Origin: Candidatus Poribacteria bacterium
GTDB lineage: Bacteria > Poribacteria > WGA-4E > PCPOR2b
Direction of reading: 5' to 3'
Length of the DNA: 64,000 nt
NCBI GenBank assembly: GCA_965208325.1
Contig: OZ242326.1
Location: 1,728,001-1,792,000 of the forward strand
Under the pieces are notes generated by a model. The model was not told the DNA's origin. It saw only the letters and a program-made list of their open reading frames with translations, and searched no databases. The translations under genes were made by a program, and so were the position numbers. Positions 29,512 to 39,971 of this stretch are shown piece after piece. Within the stretch, counting starts at the first letter, position 1. Every line of letters starts with the position of its first letter.

Positions 29512-30552
29512 CTAGTGTTCTAGTTCTAGTTCTAAGTTGTATTTCTCACTGTATTCCAGCAGCTTGCTCCAGACAGTCTCCGGTAATTCAATCCCATCGC
29601 GCAACTGTTCTTGCTCAACCCGTCGTTCCAGGTCTCCCGGCACAAGTACTTCCGAAAACCCGGGCGCTGGCGGCGTGGCCCGCATACCTTCAAGAAAAGC
29701 GCTGGCATTCTGCTGATAATCCTCAAGAGGCTGAAAGGCGCTCACATCAATCGCCTGAAAAAGCGTCCCGCCGATACCGCCTGATGGGCGGTTGAATCCA
29801 CCCCCAAGCGCCCCGAGAAGACATGTCATTAAAGAGATCGCATAACCTTTGATTCCGCCAAAAACCAGAAGTCTGCCGCCTTCAATGTAATCATCAGGTT
29901 CAACGCTTGGCTGTCCGTGCTTATCCACAATACATCCGGGCGGGAGTTTCATTCCCTTCATTTTGTAGACATGGACTTTTGAATTCGCAAACACGGTAGT
30001 TGCGAAATCTGATATGAAAGGCTTCCCATCGGCACTCGGAACGCCAAGCGCCACCGGGTTCGTGCTCAGACGGTTAGCGATTACGCCGTGCGAGGTCATT
30101 TCCCCAGGTCCCGGCGCACCCCACCCCTCGGTCACTATGCCGATAAACCCTTCCGACGCAGCTTGTTCAACGTATTCGCCCAATCTACCAATATGGTTCA
30201 TGTTTACGAAGGTGACCGCTCCTATCCCGGTAGAACGCGCTTTCTGCATGGCGAGATTCATACTCCATTGTGCGGAATAGTGCCCCCAGCCTTTGCGTGC
30301 ATCCACAAATGCGGTACTCGGGGTTTGCTGAAGAATCTCCGGTACATTGCTAGGAAATAAACCGTCGTGCTCTATTGAATGCATGTAATGCCTCATTAAG
30401 AACACACCGTGAGAAGTATGGCCTTTGAGGTCGGCGTTCACAAGGATTCTTGACACCGATTCCGCTATGTTGCGAGGGGTTCCAACAGTCTCACAAAGCT
30501 GCGCGATAAAGGTCTGAAGCTTATCGGCTTGTATCCGGCGACTGGTATTCAT
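29512..30552 (-). CDS. Ldh_2-family (malate/L-sulfolactate/ureidoglycolate-type) dehydrogenase
   Basis: ADLKGHTSHGV, NHIGRLGEY, STNPVA, DFATT, GGIKGYAI, VLVPG. Confidence 0.9.
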   Translation of the reverse strand: MNTSRRIQADKLQTFIAQLCETVGTPRNIAESVSRILVNADLKGHTSHGVFLMRHYMHSIEHDGLFPSNVPEILQQTPSTAFVDARKGWGHYSAQWSMNLAMQKARSTGIGAVTFVNMNHIGRLGEYVEQAASEGFIGIVTEGWGAPGPGEMTSHGVIANRLSTNPVALGVPSADGKPFISDFATTVFANSKVHVYKMKGMKLPPGCIVDKHGQPSVEPDDYIEGGRLLVFGGIKGYAISLMTCLLGALGGGFNRPSGGIGGTLFQAIDVSAFQPLEDYQQNASAFLEGMRATPPAPGFSEVLVPGDLERRVEQEQLRDGIELPETVWSKLLEYSEKYNLELELEH

Positions 30553-30650
30553 GCCTCTCTCTCCTCCAGAGTATTTAACATCCACGCCTGAGGTGCAGCG
30601 TCAATCATTTAAACCCAGAGATAACTGAAGATGAAATAAAATGCGTGTAC

Positions 30651-31925
30651 TTATCCGTTGATTTGCACTAGGACGGACTCAAGCCGGTCGACTTGCTCTT
30701 TCCGCAGCCGGTTATACACCCGCTCAGAGATTTCGCGCGCTTCGTACAACGCTTCCAACCGCGTAATTATCTCGAGTCGGGCAACGCGCGTGCGCTCAAG
30801 GTCGGCAGCGTCTAACTTGCCCAGCCAACTTCCATCGGGTAATCCTTTCGGCTTCTGAGTATCGTCAGCAGTATTCAGTGTAGGACGCCGCATTTTGAAG
30901 ATTGCCGCTACCAAAAAACCACCTGCAAGGGCGGCTGAGATGGCTATCAGCGCAATCAGCGTTGGATTTGACGGATTCCGGTTCATCGCCTTGAAGCGCA
31001 AATCTGCAATTTGCCCGGTTGTTAAGGGCTTTGCCGGATCCGTCGCATAAATCGTGTAAATCTGCTCGTGGACTTGCTCCCTGCGCCCCGCACCCAAAAT
31101 TCTCGATTGTGATGTCAATGGGGTTCCTTCCGAAACAAAAACGTAGACCTCATCCGTATCAAATGTCAGTTTCCGAGATAGATCTAATCCAGAGTCAATG
31201 TGTACGACATAAGAAAATCCAACTCTTGAATTGCCCGGCTCCAGCGGCTGATTAGCAATCAACCGAGCCGTCTGGGCAGTCATGTCCTGTTTGAAACCCG
31301 AATCGATCCGTAGTGCTTCGTACCCCTTCGGCAGATTAAAATACAGACCCGTCGATTGATTGTCAAGATCGAATCGGAACGCTGCATCGCTCGTGTTTTC
31401 GACCCCAATAATCTCCATCACCGAAACGGCTTGGTGTTGAGCATGATCTGCCGGAGGCGGGGTAATAACAATTGTATGCTGCCGAATCTTCACCTTCGAG
31501 GGGTCATCGGTAAAACCTCCAATGTCAATATTTACCTTGACTCTAGGCACCCACTCCGACAGAACAATGTCTTTCTCGACATATTCCTCTCCGTCGTACG
31601 TGGTCGAAACAACGTAGTGTACATCGAAAGCCGTTGAAAGATTATCAAAGGCATAAGCCCCGCTGTTGTCAGTTTTAGTGTCGCGTTGCTGGACATCTTT
31701 GCTTTCCTGGTGAATCCGCAAAATTACTATCTGTTGAGATACCGGTTGATCCTTCCCCTTATCTATGACGCGCCCTTCGATTCTGCCGGCGGCGTTTTGT
31801 CCATCCGCAGGAGACTGAATGATTGAAACCACGAATAATAAAAATAGAACCTGGGGAATAAACCGCAAAATGCGCACGTTGGGCACCTTATTAACTACAC
31901 GGTTGTCGCGCATGAATTTTTTCAA
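30651..31925 (-). CDS. Membrane-anchored periplasmic protein with a carboxypeptidase-regulatory-like Ig domain (ccm-associated)
   Basis: Signal peptide, GRIEGRVID...TDNSGAYAFDNL, TM helix near the C-terminus, LYEAREISERVYNRLRKE tail. Confidence 0.75.
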   Translation of the reverse strand: MKKFMRDNRVVNKVPNVRILRFIPQVLFLLFVVSIIQSPADGQNAAGRIEGRVIDKGKDQPVSQQIVILRIHQESKDVQQRDTKTDNSGAYAFDNLSTAFDVHYVVSTTYDGEEYVEKDIVLSEWVPRVKVNIDIGGFTDDPSKVKIRQHTIVITPPPADHAQHQAVSVMEIIGVENTSDAAFRFDLDNQSTGLYFNLPKGYEALRIDSGFKQDMTAQTARLIANQPLEPGNSRVGFSYVVHIDSGLDLSRKLTFDTDEVYVFVSEGTPLTSQSRILGAGRREQVHEQIYTIYATDPAKPLTTGQIADLRFKAMNRNPSNPTLIALIAISAALAGGFLVAAIFKMRRPTLNTADDTQKPKGLPDGSWLGKLDAADLERTRVARLEIITRLEALYEAREISERVYNRLRKEQVDRLESVLVQING

Positions 31926-32275
31926 CCCCGTGAATGCTTCTCTTGTTTGTATCTCTCGATTTCTTCTTCCACCGACACCGTGGTAGTCGTATCAATCCGT
32001 GTCATAACCGCTGCTGTTTCTTGAAGCAGTTGCGCTCGTAGGGTTTGATAATCCGCTTGCGATAACTTGCCCGTTTCATAATCTTCCTCAAGGTCTACAA
32101 GCGCTGAATAGCCGCGCTCACGCTCAAGGAATAGCGTTTGCATACGCGCCTCCGCAGGTTGAATGTCTGGCGAAATGCGGGGTTGAGACCAAAGCGGCAG
32201 ACCTAGATAGACCAAAAGGGGCATTCCAAGCAATAATATCCATAAAAACACAAAAAACATAATTACTCCCGGCAT
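31922..32275 (-). CDS. CcmI-like N-terminal membrane protein
   Basis: TM helix then ALVDLEEDYETGKLSQADYQTLR; directly after ccmH. Confidence 0.7.
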   Translation of the reverse strand: MPGVIMFFVFLWILLLGMPLLVYLGLPLWSQPRISPDIQPAEARMQTLFLERERGYSALVDLEEDYETGKLSQADYQTLRAQLLQETAAVMTRIDTTTTVSVEEEIERYKQEKHSRG

Positions 32276-32288
32276 ATAATGCCCGACG

Positions 32289-32795
32289 CTACCTTTGCTG
32301 TTTGTATCGTTCCAACTCTTCCTCAATTTCAGCGTATTGACTGGCTGATTCCGACGGCCCCTGCTCGGTCGGAACTGTCGAATCGGATAATGTCGTGCTG
32401 CGCTTCGATCTAAGCACCAAAAAGATAATCACGCCGAGCAAAATGATGATAACCGCCGGCATCGCATATGCGACGATATTAAATCCCTTGGCAGGCATCA
32501 GAGCCGAGAACTGTGTTCCGTACATTTCAAGATAGTCAGTCCGAATCTGTTGAACCGTTTCCCCAGCGGCCAGGTGACTGCGAAAATCTGTTTCAATCTG
32601 TTGAGCAGTGCCGCAGACGCAATTCCTTATCGTTTCTCGCACGCAGCCACAGTGGCAGTACACGCTCGTCATCAATTCTTCTAGGTTTGAATCGAGCGAT
32701 GATTCGCTTGCGGACATTTGTTCTTGACCATCCGCTGCTGAAATTAAGCAGCCAAAGGACATTAAAATCAAGAGAACGGTGCTGCGGATATTCAT
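32289..32795 (-). CDS. ccmH: Cytochrome c biogenesis protein, CcmH-like
   Basis: Signal peptide, VYCHCGC...NCVC, AGETVQQIRTDYLEMYG, C-terminal TM; follows ccmF. Confidence 0.8.
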   Translation of the reverse strand: MNIRSTVLLILMSFGCLISAADGQEQMSASESSLDSNLEELMTSVYCHCGCVRETIRNCVCGTAQQIETDFRSHLAAGETVQQIRTDYLEMYGTQFSALMPAKGFNIVAYAMPAVIIILLGVIIFLVLRSKRSTTLSDSTVPTEQGPSESASQYAEIEEELERYKQQR

Positions 32796-32796
32796 T

Positions 32797-34809
32797 TTAC
32801 ACATTGCTTTTTGTGTGCTTCTCACACATTGCGACGAAACCGCCAATCATCATAACGGCAACGCCAAGCCAGACTACATTGACAAGCGGATTATGGTAAA
32901 CTTGGACAGAAACGATGCCTCCCGACTCCAAATGGGCTGGCACGTTTTCAGGGAGGGGGCCTAATGCAATATACAAGTCATTTAATCCGAAATGACGAAT
33001 CGAAGATTCGATCGTATCTTGTTCGCCCTGCCCGGCTTTGTGATAAAATCCGCGCGCCGGCCGCATCGTTCCCATCGGCTTACCGTCTTTTTCAACCGCG
33101 AATACTACGCCGCCGAGCGAGAAATTCGGGTGCTCCTCCTGAAACGCACTTTCCACCGTGAGATTGAATTTCCCTATCTCCATTGATTCCCCACGTTGCA
33201 GCCCCTTCGATTCCAACAAATAATAACCCTTAGACCCCAGAATTCCAATGTATACAATCACGATTCCGATATGGACAATGTATCCGCCGTACCGGCGTTT
33301 GTTGCGTTTAACCAATCGGAAAAGTCCATCAACGAAACCGGTTTCTTGGCGTTTGGCGCGCAATTTTGCGCCGCGGTAGAATTCGTCAGAGATAGCCGCG
33401 AGGACAAATATACCGGCAAAAACGCATAGCACAGAGTAGACTGCTGAAGTGTGGCCATTCAAAGCAAGATATACCAACGCGAGCACGGCTCCGATTAAAC
33501 CGAAGACTATAGGTTTGGCAAACATCCGTCTGAAGTTGCTTGGCGTCAACTTTTTCCATGAAGTGATAGGTCCAATACCCGTCAATAACAACAGGAGCAG
33601 TCCGGGAATAATGACAACCTGATTGAAGAATGACTCGGGCACGGCAACTTTCTCACCCGTAACACCTTCTGTGATAATTGGCCACAGCGTTCCCCAGAGT
33701 ATTATCAGCGTCAATCCCACAAGCATCCAATTATTAAGCAGGAATGCGCTTTCACGAGAAAGCAGGGATTCGAGTCGATTTGGGCTTTTCAGGTCGTTCC
33801 AGCGGTATGCAATAAGCGCAATTACACCCAGTGTGGAAAGGCCTATAAATATCAGAAAATAGTGTCCGATGTCGGACTGCGCAAACGCATGCACGGAAGA
33901 GACGATTCCGCTGCGGGTGATGAATGTCCCCAACAGTGTAAACTCAAACGCCAGAGTAATCAAGATGATATTCCAGAGTTTGAGCATATTCCGCTTTTCT
34001 TGAATCATCACCGAATGCAGATAGGCGGTCCCAAGCAGCCACGGCATGAACGAGGCATTTTCGACCGGATCCCACGCCCAATAGCCGCCCCACCCGAGTT
34101 CGCGATACGCCCAATTCCCGCCGAGCGTAATGCCGAGCGTCAACACGAGCCAGGATACCATCATCCACCGCCGAGATTTGACTATCCATTCGCCGCCTGT
34201 CTTGCCTGCGGCTAGTGCGCCGATCGCAAAGGAGAAGGGTACGGTTAGGCTGACGAAGCCGACGTAAAGTGACGGCGGATGAAAAACCATACTCGGCGTT
34301 TGAAGCAGCGGATTCATTCCGGCGCCGTCTAAGGCAGCTCTGTCGTTTGGAAAACGCTCCAGTGGATTATAGACGCCCTCAATTAAACCCGTTACAAGTA
34401 TGATAAAAAAGAGCTGCACTATTGAAATTGGGATGAGGGCATAGTCCGCCAAATGATCTGCCGCACGCTGGCTTGTCCATACAACCAAGGCGCCAAAAAG
34501 CGTCACCAGCCAAAGCCAAAACAGCAAAGATCCTGACATTCGCCCCCACAACGCAGTGATTTTATACATCATCGGTTGATCCGTGCTGGAGACCTCGGCG
34601 ACATACTTCATTGAAAAGTCGTCCGTCACAAAACCGTAGATTAGCGCGCCAGTTGCGAGCGTTATTAAAGCAAACGTGCCAACGACGCCGTTGCGTCCGC
34701 TGACGACGGCATTGTAATTTTTGCGGCGCAGTCCCATCCACAGCATTGCCATCGCCCACAGGCACGAAAAAACAGAAAGCCAAATTGCTGCTTGTCCCAA
34801 TTCTGCCAT
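32797..34809 (-). CDS. ccmF: Heme lyase CcmF/NrfE subunit
   Basis: GMNPLLQ, FHPPSLY, WAYRELGWGGYWAWDPVENASFMPW, TRSGIVSSVHAF. Confidence 0.96.
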   Translation of the reverse strand: MAELGQAAIWLSVFSCLWAMAMLWMGLRRKNYNAVVSGRNGVVGTFALITLATGALIYGFVTDDFSMKYVAEVSSTDQPMMYKITALWGRMSGSLLFWLWLVTLFGALVVWTSQRAADHLADYALIPISIVQLFFIILVTGLIEGVYNPLERFPNDRAALDGAGMNPLLQTPSMVFHPPSLYVGFVSLTVPFSFAIGALAAGKTGGEWIVKSRRWMMVSWLVLTLGITLGGNWAYRELGWGGYWAWDPVENASFMPWLLGTAYLHSVMIQEKRNMLKLWNIILITLAFEFTLLGTFITRSGIVSSVHAFAQSDIGHYFLIFIGLSTLGVIALIAYRWNDLKSPNRLESLLSRESAFLLNNWMLVGLTLIILWGTLWPIITEGVTGEKVAVPESFFNQVVIIPGLLLLLLTGIGPITSWKKLTPSNFRRMFAKPIVFGLIGAVLALVYLALNGHTSAVYSVLCVFAGIFVLAAISDEFYRGAKLRAKRQETGFVDGLFRLVKRNKRRYGGYIVHIGIVIVYIGILGSKGYYLLESKGLQRGESMEIGKFNLTVESAFQEEHPNFSLGGVVFAVEKDGKPMGTMRPARGFYHKAGQGEQDTIESSIRHFGLNDLYIALGPLPENVPAHLESGGIVSVQVYHNPLVNVVWLGVAVMMIGGFVAMCEKHTKSNV

Positions 34810-34832
34810 TGTATGACTATTCCTGCGTATGC

Positions 34833-35279
34833 CTAATATTCGCCTTCACTTGGCTTGCTAGCTTGCGCAGTGACTCCTTCAACTGCTTCGTATTTCGACG
34901 CACACTTCGTTTGGAGTTTGGTGGCAACGATAAGATTTTCCGACGCGTTATAATTCCCCTGAACAAAAACGTTCCCACCATCTTTGAAATTATCCGGTTT
35001 GATTCTATTTGCATACAGGACATTTACTTCCGCTTTGCTTTCACGATCCCGCACGGCAAAGGTAAGCTGAAACGTCGTTGGATCCCATTCGGTTGTGCCC
35101 TCAGAAATCAACCCGTCGACTTGGATGCCCTTATTGTCAACTTCTTGTGCGTGCGCTACGAGCGCATCGGGCGTGAAATGCCGCATGCCGGTGTTTTTTA
35201 CCCCAGCAACAACCAAGAACACCAGCGCGCCAGCGATGATTGCGCTCGCACAAATGATCTTAAATCTTCTTCTATTCAC
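34833..35279 (-). CDS. ccmE: Heme chaperone CcmE (CxxxY variant)
   Basis: N-terminal TM, PDNFKDG, TKCASKY. Confidence 0.9.
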   Translation of the reverse strand: MNRRRFKIICASAIIAGALVFLVVAGVKNTGMRHFTPDALVAHAQEVDNKGIQVDGLISEGTTEWDPTTFQLTFAVRDRESKAEVNVLYANRIKPDNFKDGGNVFVQGNYNASENLIVATKLQTKCASKYEAVEGVTAQASKPSEGEY

Positions 35280-36817
35280 GATTTGCTCTCCTTGCCCGCG
35301 TAAAATATGGCTATTTCGTCCGCGAGGTTCTCAATTGTCGTTTCTCTCGCAACTACATCCACGCTTAACCCGCTCCGTTGGGCGGCTGATGCTGTTGAAG
35401 GGCCGATAACCGCGGTGTGGACGTTTTCAAGCAGCGCAGCCGGCGAATGCCGATTAAACATATCCAGAAAGTTTGTGATAGCAGATGCGCTTGTAAACGT
35501 GACCATGTCAATCCTTCCGTTGACCAGATTAGCTTCGATTTCCCCGCTTCGTTCCATGCAGGCTTTAACGGTATCGTAGATTGGAACAACATCGACAATC
35601 GCCCCCCGCTCGCGTAATCCGTCCGGAAGCTCTTGAGAAGCGATTTTTGCGTGCGGCACCAAGATTTTTTGTGCTGTGACCGGCTCCAACTCAGCGGCAA
35701 TTGCCGCGCTGTGAGATTGCGATGGGACAAAATCTGTACGAATCCCAATGATGTCCAACGCTTTGACCGTTTTGGGGCCAACCGCACAGATTCTCGCCTT
35801 TCCGAACGATCGGGCATCACCGCCCAATTCTCGTAAATTGCAGTAGAAAACCTCAACCGCGTTGACGCTCGTGAAGATTATCCAGTTGTATTCGGCGAGT
35901 CCGCCGATTGCCGCATCAAATGCCGCATTGTCGTTGATTGGCTGAATCTCAATTGTGGGAAACTGAACTGTTTGTGCGCCGTAGGATTCCAATTTTTCTG
36001 CCAATTCGCTGATTTGCGCACGGGCACGCGTCACGACTATCGTTCGCCCAAAAAGTGGTTTTCGATCAAACCAACGCAGATCATTGCGGAGCGTGTTCAC
36101 TTCGCCCACAACAATCGCCGCAGGCGAGCGGAAACCAACCGATTCCGCCTTGTGTGCAATATCCGAAAGTGTCCCCTCAAGGGTTTCTTGCTGCGGTGTT
36201 GTGCCCCAATGAATCAAGGCGGTAGGGGTTTCCGGTTTACGGCCATAATCAATGAGTCGCTCTGTAATTTGGCGCAAATGTCCGATGCCCATGAGGACAA
36301 CCAGGGTATCGACAGCCGTTGATAGCTGTTCCCAACGAACGGGAGAATCTGACCCCAATGCGGCTGAATGTCCTGTCACAATGCCAACCGAAGATGCATA
36401 TTCTCGGTGTGTCACCGGGATGCCAGCATACGCCGGCGCGGCGATAGCCGAGCTAATACCGGGCACAATTTCGAAGTCAATCCCCGCATCTGCAAGTATT
36501 AATGCTTCCTCCCCGCCTCGCCCAAAGACAAACGGATCGCCGCCTTTAAGCCGCACGACCGTCTTTCCTGCTGTCGCGTGCTGGACCATCAACTCGTTAA
36601 TTTCAGACTGTTGACGTTCCTGCTCTCCCGCCATTTTTCCGCCATAAATCTTTTTGGCGTGAGGCGACGCGTGCTCAAGTAATTTGACGTTGACGAGGAG
36701 GTCATAGATTACAACATCTGCCTGTTGGAGGCATTCAATACCTTTGAGCGTGATTAGTTTTGGGTCGCCCGGCCCCGCTCCGACAAGGTAGACTTTCCCA
36801 CATTTAACGGACATCAT
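35276..36817 (-). CDS. cobA: Uroporphyrinogen-III C-methyltransferase / uroporphyrinogen-III synthase fusion
   Basis: LVGAGPGDP, RLKGGDPFVFGRGGEE, then a HemD half (VTRA, IFTSVNAV, AVGPKT, FTSASA). Confidence 0.95.
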   Translation of the reverse strand: MMSVKCGKVYLVGAGPGDPKLITLKGIECLQQADVVIYDLLVNVKLLEHASPHAKKIYGGKMAGEQERQQSEINELMVQHATAGKTVVRLKGGDPFVFGRGGEEALILADAGIDFEIVPGISSAIAAPAYAGIPVTHREYASSVGIVTGHSAALGSDSPVRWEQLSTAVDTLVVLMGIGHLRQITERLIDYGRKPETPTALIHWGTTPQQETLEGTLSDIAHKAESVGFRSPAAIVVGEVNTLRNDLRWFDRKPLFGRTIVVTRARAQISELAEKLESYGAQTVQFPTIEIQPINDNAAFDAAIGGLAEYNWIIFTSVNAVEVFYCNLRELGGDARSFGKARICAVGPKTVKALDIIGIRTDFVPSQSHSAAIAAELEPVTAQKILVPHAKIASQELPDGLRERGAIVDVVPIYDTVKACMERSGEIEANLVNGRIDMVTFTSASAITNFLDMFNRHSPAALLENVHTAVIGPSTASAAQRSGLSVDVVARETTIENLADEIAIFYAGKESKS

Positions 36818-36837
36818 GCATGTGTTGCTTTCACCCT

Positions 36838-37770
36838 TTACCTTAGAAGTTTACTTGCTCCGCCTTGAATCAGTTTGCTAACGACGTTGGAAGCCAGTTC
36901 ATCGGCGTACGCCGTGCTACCTGTAAGCCGCTCAAGAATGCGGTGCTTTCCGTCCGGGCTGCATACCGCAGCCATTAGATGAAGCCTATCGTCCTTCAAC
37001 TCTGAAAATGCGCCGATTGGGACTTGACAGCCGCCGCCCAATTCCCGTAACACAGCCCTTTCCGCGAACACCTCGATTTCGCATTGATTATCGTTGATTG
37101 CGGTCAACAACGCTTTTATCTCAAGGTCATCTTCGCGTGCTTCAATGCCCAAGGCACCCTGTCCGGCGGCGGGTACCATCCGGCTAGTCTCAAAATACTC
37201 CGTAATAATATCACCGCCAATCAGCCGTTTAATTCCCGCCGCAGCAAGGATTACTCCATCAAGCTCGGTTTCGTGCAGTTTGCGGAGGCGTGTGTCCAGA
37301 TTGCCTCGAACATTTACAACCTGTAAATCAGGGCGTAAGTGCAAAAGTTGGGATTTTCGGCGCGGACTCGCCGTACCAATTTTTGCTCTTTTTGGGAGAT
37401 TATCGAGGCCAAGTCCGGATTGTGAAACTAGCACATCGCGCGGATCTTCGCGTGCAGGAATGGCGGCAATACAAAGCCCGTCCGGTAAATCTGTCGGTAA
37501 ATCTTTCATGCTATGGACCGCGAGGTCAATGCTAGCGTCCAAAAGCGCAATTTCAATCTCCTTTGTAAAAACTCCTTTGCCAAGCCCGGCAAGAGAGCTT
37601 TCTTGGATTTTGTCCCCTGTTGTTTGGATGATTTGAAGCGTTACCCCGATGTCAGGGAATTGGCGGTTTATCCGCTTCTTAACATACTCTGCCTGCCAGA
37701 GCGCAAGTTGACTGCCGCGTGTGCCAATGGTGATGGTCTGTTTCATTAGTTGCATCCGTCCGTGTTTCAA
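36838..37770 (-). CDS. hemC: Hydroxymethylbilane synthase
   Basis: GTRGSQLALWQ, GKGVFTKE, VHSMKD, RGNLDTRL, GGCQVPIG; true start may be 37755/37746. Confidence 0.97.
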   Translation of the reverse strand: MKHGRMQLMKQTITIGTRGSQLALWQAEYVKKRINRQFPDIGVTLQIIQTTGDKIQESSLAGLGKGVFTKEIEIALLDASIDLAVHSMKDLPTDLPDGLCIAAIPAREDPRDVLVSQSGLGLDNLPKRAKIGTASPRRKSQLLHLRPDLQVVNVRGNLDTRLRKLHETELDGVILAAAGIKRLIGGDIITEYFETSRMVPAAGQGALGIEAREDDLEIKALLTAINDNQCEIEVFAERAVLRELGGGCQVPIGAFSELKDDRLHLMAAVCSPDGKHRILERLTGSTAYADELASNVVSKLIQGGASKLLR

Positions 37771-39083
37771 ACATCCGTTTCACGAGTGCGCTCCAAACCA
37801 AACAGCACCTGCAATGCGCGAACATACGGGACATGATCTTCATTGAGATTGTCCGCTATCTCAAGAGAATCGGAATCCATAGCAACCTGCCTCAGATGCG
37901 TCGTTGGTTGATGCAGTAACTTTTTAGTAATGGATTGAATCATGGATTCAACGATTTTCTGCTGCTGGGGTGATAGCTCCGCCTTGTCCAAACAGATGTC
38001 CAATTCTCTTGAGGCAATACCCTGAAATTTCTGGTATAAAGCCTTTATGATCGGGTTTACATCAAGCGCTTGCAACTCTAAGTAAAACTTTACAGCTTCT
38101 GCTTCGACAATTTGTGCCGCAATTTCCGCTTCCTGTCCCCGCTCTTTGAGGTTTGAAGCGACCACAGCTTCAAGGTCGTCGATGTTGTATAGAAACGCAT
38201 TTTCCACCGCTCCCACTTGCGGGTCAATATCCCGAGGCACCGCTATGTCGATTAGAAACATGTAGCGGTGTTTCCGCTTTCTCATAATTTCCGCAAGCGC
38301 TTTGCGGTGGATTAAGTGATGCGAGGCGTTGGTTGAAGTAATCACAATGTCGGCGTCAACGAGGAAGTTCAAATTGGCATCATAGGTTAATGGGGTGCCG
38401 CTGAATTTTTCAGCGATTTCCACCGCGTGCTCGTAAGTTCTGTTCGCAACGATTACTTTCGAAACGCCGTTCTCCACAAGATGTTGCGCCGTTAATTCGC
38501 TCATTTCACCCGCACCGATAATCACAACCGTTTTGTCTTCAAGGCTCTGGAAGATTTTCTTGGCGAGTTGAACCGCGACAAAACTGATTGACACCGCGCC
38601 GGCGCCAATTTCGGTTTCCGTACGAACCCGCTTCCCGACGCGAATTGCTTTTGTGAATAAGCGCTTAAGAACATCACCGCTAGCTCCAGCAGATAGAGAA
38701 TGGTCATACGCCGCCTTTACCTGTCCGAGAATTTGCGACTCTCCAACAACCATGGAATCCAGGCTGGTAACAACGTTAAAAAGATGCCGAACGGCATCGA
38801 GGTTCTGGTAATTGTATGTGAATTGCGCGAGTTGACGCCGATCGACTTCGTGGTAATCCGATAGAAAATCGAAAAGCAAGGTACAGCCGTCTTTGCTGTT
38901 TGCCGCCGCATAAATTTCGACCCGGTTGCATGTCGAGAGGATAACGGCTTCTTCAATCTGGCGATTATCCTTCAATAATCGGAACGCTTCCGCATATTGA
39001 TCTTCGGAAAATGACACCCGTTCTCGGCAATCGAGCGGGGCAGTATGGTGGCTGGTGCCGACAACAAATATCTGGTTCATCAT
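37767..39083 (-). CDS. hemA: Glutamyl-tRNA reductase
   Basis: LSTCNRVE, SLDSMVVGESQILGQVK, GAGEM, DIAVPRD. Confidence 0.97.
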   Translation of the reverse strand: MMNQIFVVGTSHHTAPLDCRERVSFSEDQYAEAFRLLKDNRQIEEAVILSTCNRVEIYAAANSKDGCTLLFDFLSDYHEVDRRQLAQFTYNYQNLDAVRHLFNVVTSLDSMVVGESQILGQVKAAYDHSLSAGASGDVLKRLFTKAIRVGKRVRTETEIGAGAVSISFVAVQLAKKIFQSLEDKTVVIIGAGEMSELTAQHLVENGVSKVIVANRTYEHAVEIAEKFSGTPLTYDANLNFLVDADIVITSTNASHHLIHRKALAEIMRKRKHRYMFLIDIAVPRDIDPQVGAVENAFLYNIDDLEAVVASNLKERGQEAEIAAQIVEAEAVKFYLELQALDVNPIIKALYQKFQGIASRELDICLDKAELSPQQQKIVESMIQSITKKLLHQPTTHLRQVAMDSDSLEIADNLNEDHVPYVRALQVLFGLERTRETDV

Positions 39084-39896
39084 TTAGAATGCGTGCATAC
39101 TAGGTAAAAACAGATTAACGCCGGCATACGTAAACAGCACAGCGGCAAAACCGACGATTGCTGAATAAGCAGTTTTACGCCCATACCAGCCGAATATTTG
39201 GCGAATACTGAGTTGCAAAACATAAATAAGCCATGTTGCGATGGTGAAGATAACTTTTGGGTCAACCCATTTCCACGTGACCTCTTGGACATTTCGCGTC
39301 CAAAACACTCCGATAATGATTCCAATGGTCATTAGAATCACACCGGCGACGATGCACTTATGGCCAATCCGATCCGACCTCCCAAGCGCGGGCAGAAGGT
39401 TATAAAGGAGCGTGTGCTTCTTTTCCCGTATCCGCTTTTCTTCAATTAAATACATTAGCCCAAACCCAAACGCCGCGACAAATGCCGCATAAGCCAGAAA
39501 AATGAAGGATGAATGGGTGATGAGCCAGTAATTCTGCAGCGCAGGGGAGACTGCTGCGTTCCCCTTCGGTAGGGTATAGGCGATTAGGTTTGCAATGAAG
39601 GCAGCGGGAACAACGAAACTCCCGACAGTGCGCAGGCGAGTCAGGTGAGCAATACACAAGTAAATCAAAATTATTGCCCATGCGAAAAATGAGGCTGAAT
39701 CATACCAGTACGCCATTGGGAACTCCCCTTGGCGCAGCCAGCGTAAAACCAAATAAAACGAGTGCAGCGCGAATCCCCCGATTGTTATCCAATAAGCGAA
39801 CCGATCAATTTTTCGATCGCCGGTAGTGAGGAATAGCGCGTGAAAAATACTTGCTGCCAAGTATATCAGTAGCGTCAGTAAAAATAGAAAGTCCAT
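39084..39896 (-). CDS. Cytochrome c assembly family (CcsA/HemX-like) membrane protein
   Basis: Multi-TM, WLITH, GVFW...WVDPK, GWYGRKTA, GVN..SMHAF. Confidence 0.85.
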   Translation of the reverse strand: MDFLFLLTLLIYLAASIFHALFLTTGDRKIDRFAYWITIGGFALHSFYLVLRWLRQGEFPMAYWYDSASFFAWAIILIYLCIAHLTRLRTVGSFVVPAAFIANLIAYTLPKGNAAVSPALQNYWLITHSSFIFLAYAAFVAAFGFGLMYLIEEKRIREKKHTLLYNLLPALGRSDRIGHKCIVAGVILMTIGIIIGVFWTRNVQEVTWKWVDPKVIFTIATWLIYVLQLSIRQIFGWYGRKTAYSAIVGFAAVLFTYAGVNLFLPSMHAF

Positions 39897-39971
39897 GAGC
39901 CGAAAAACGAATTATGTGTGTATCCGAAAAGCAAAAAGGAAACCGTCCGAGTACACGTCTTTAAATAATCC

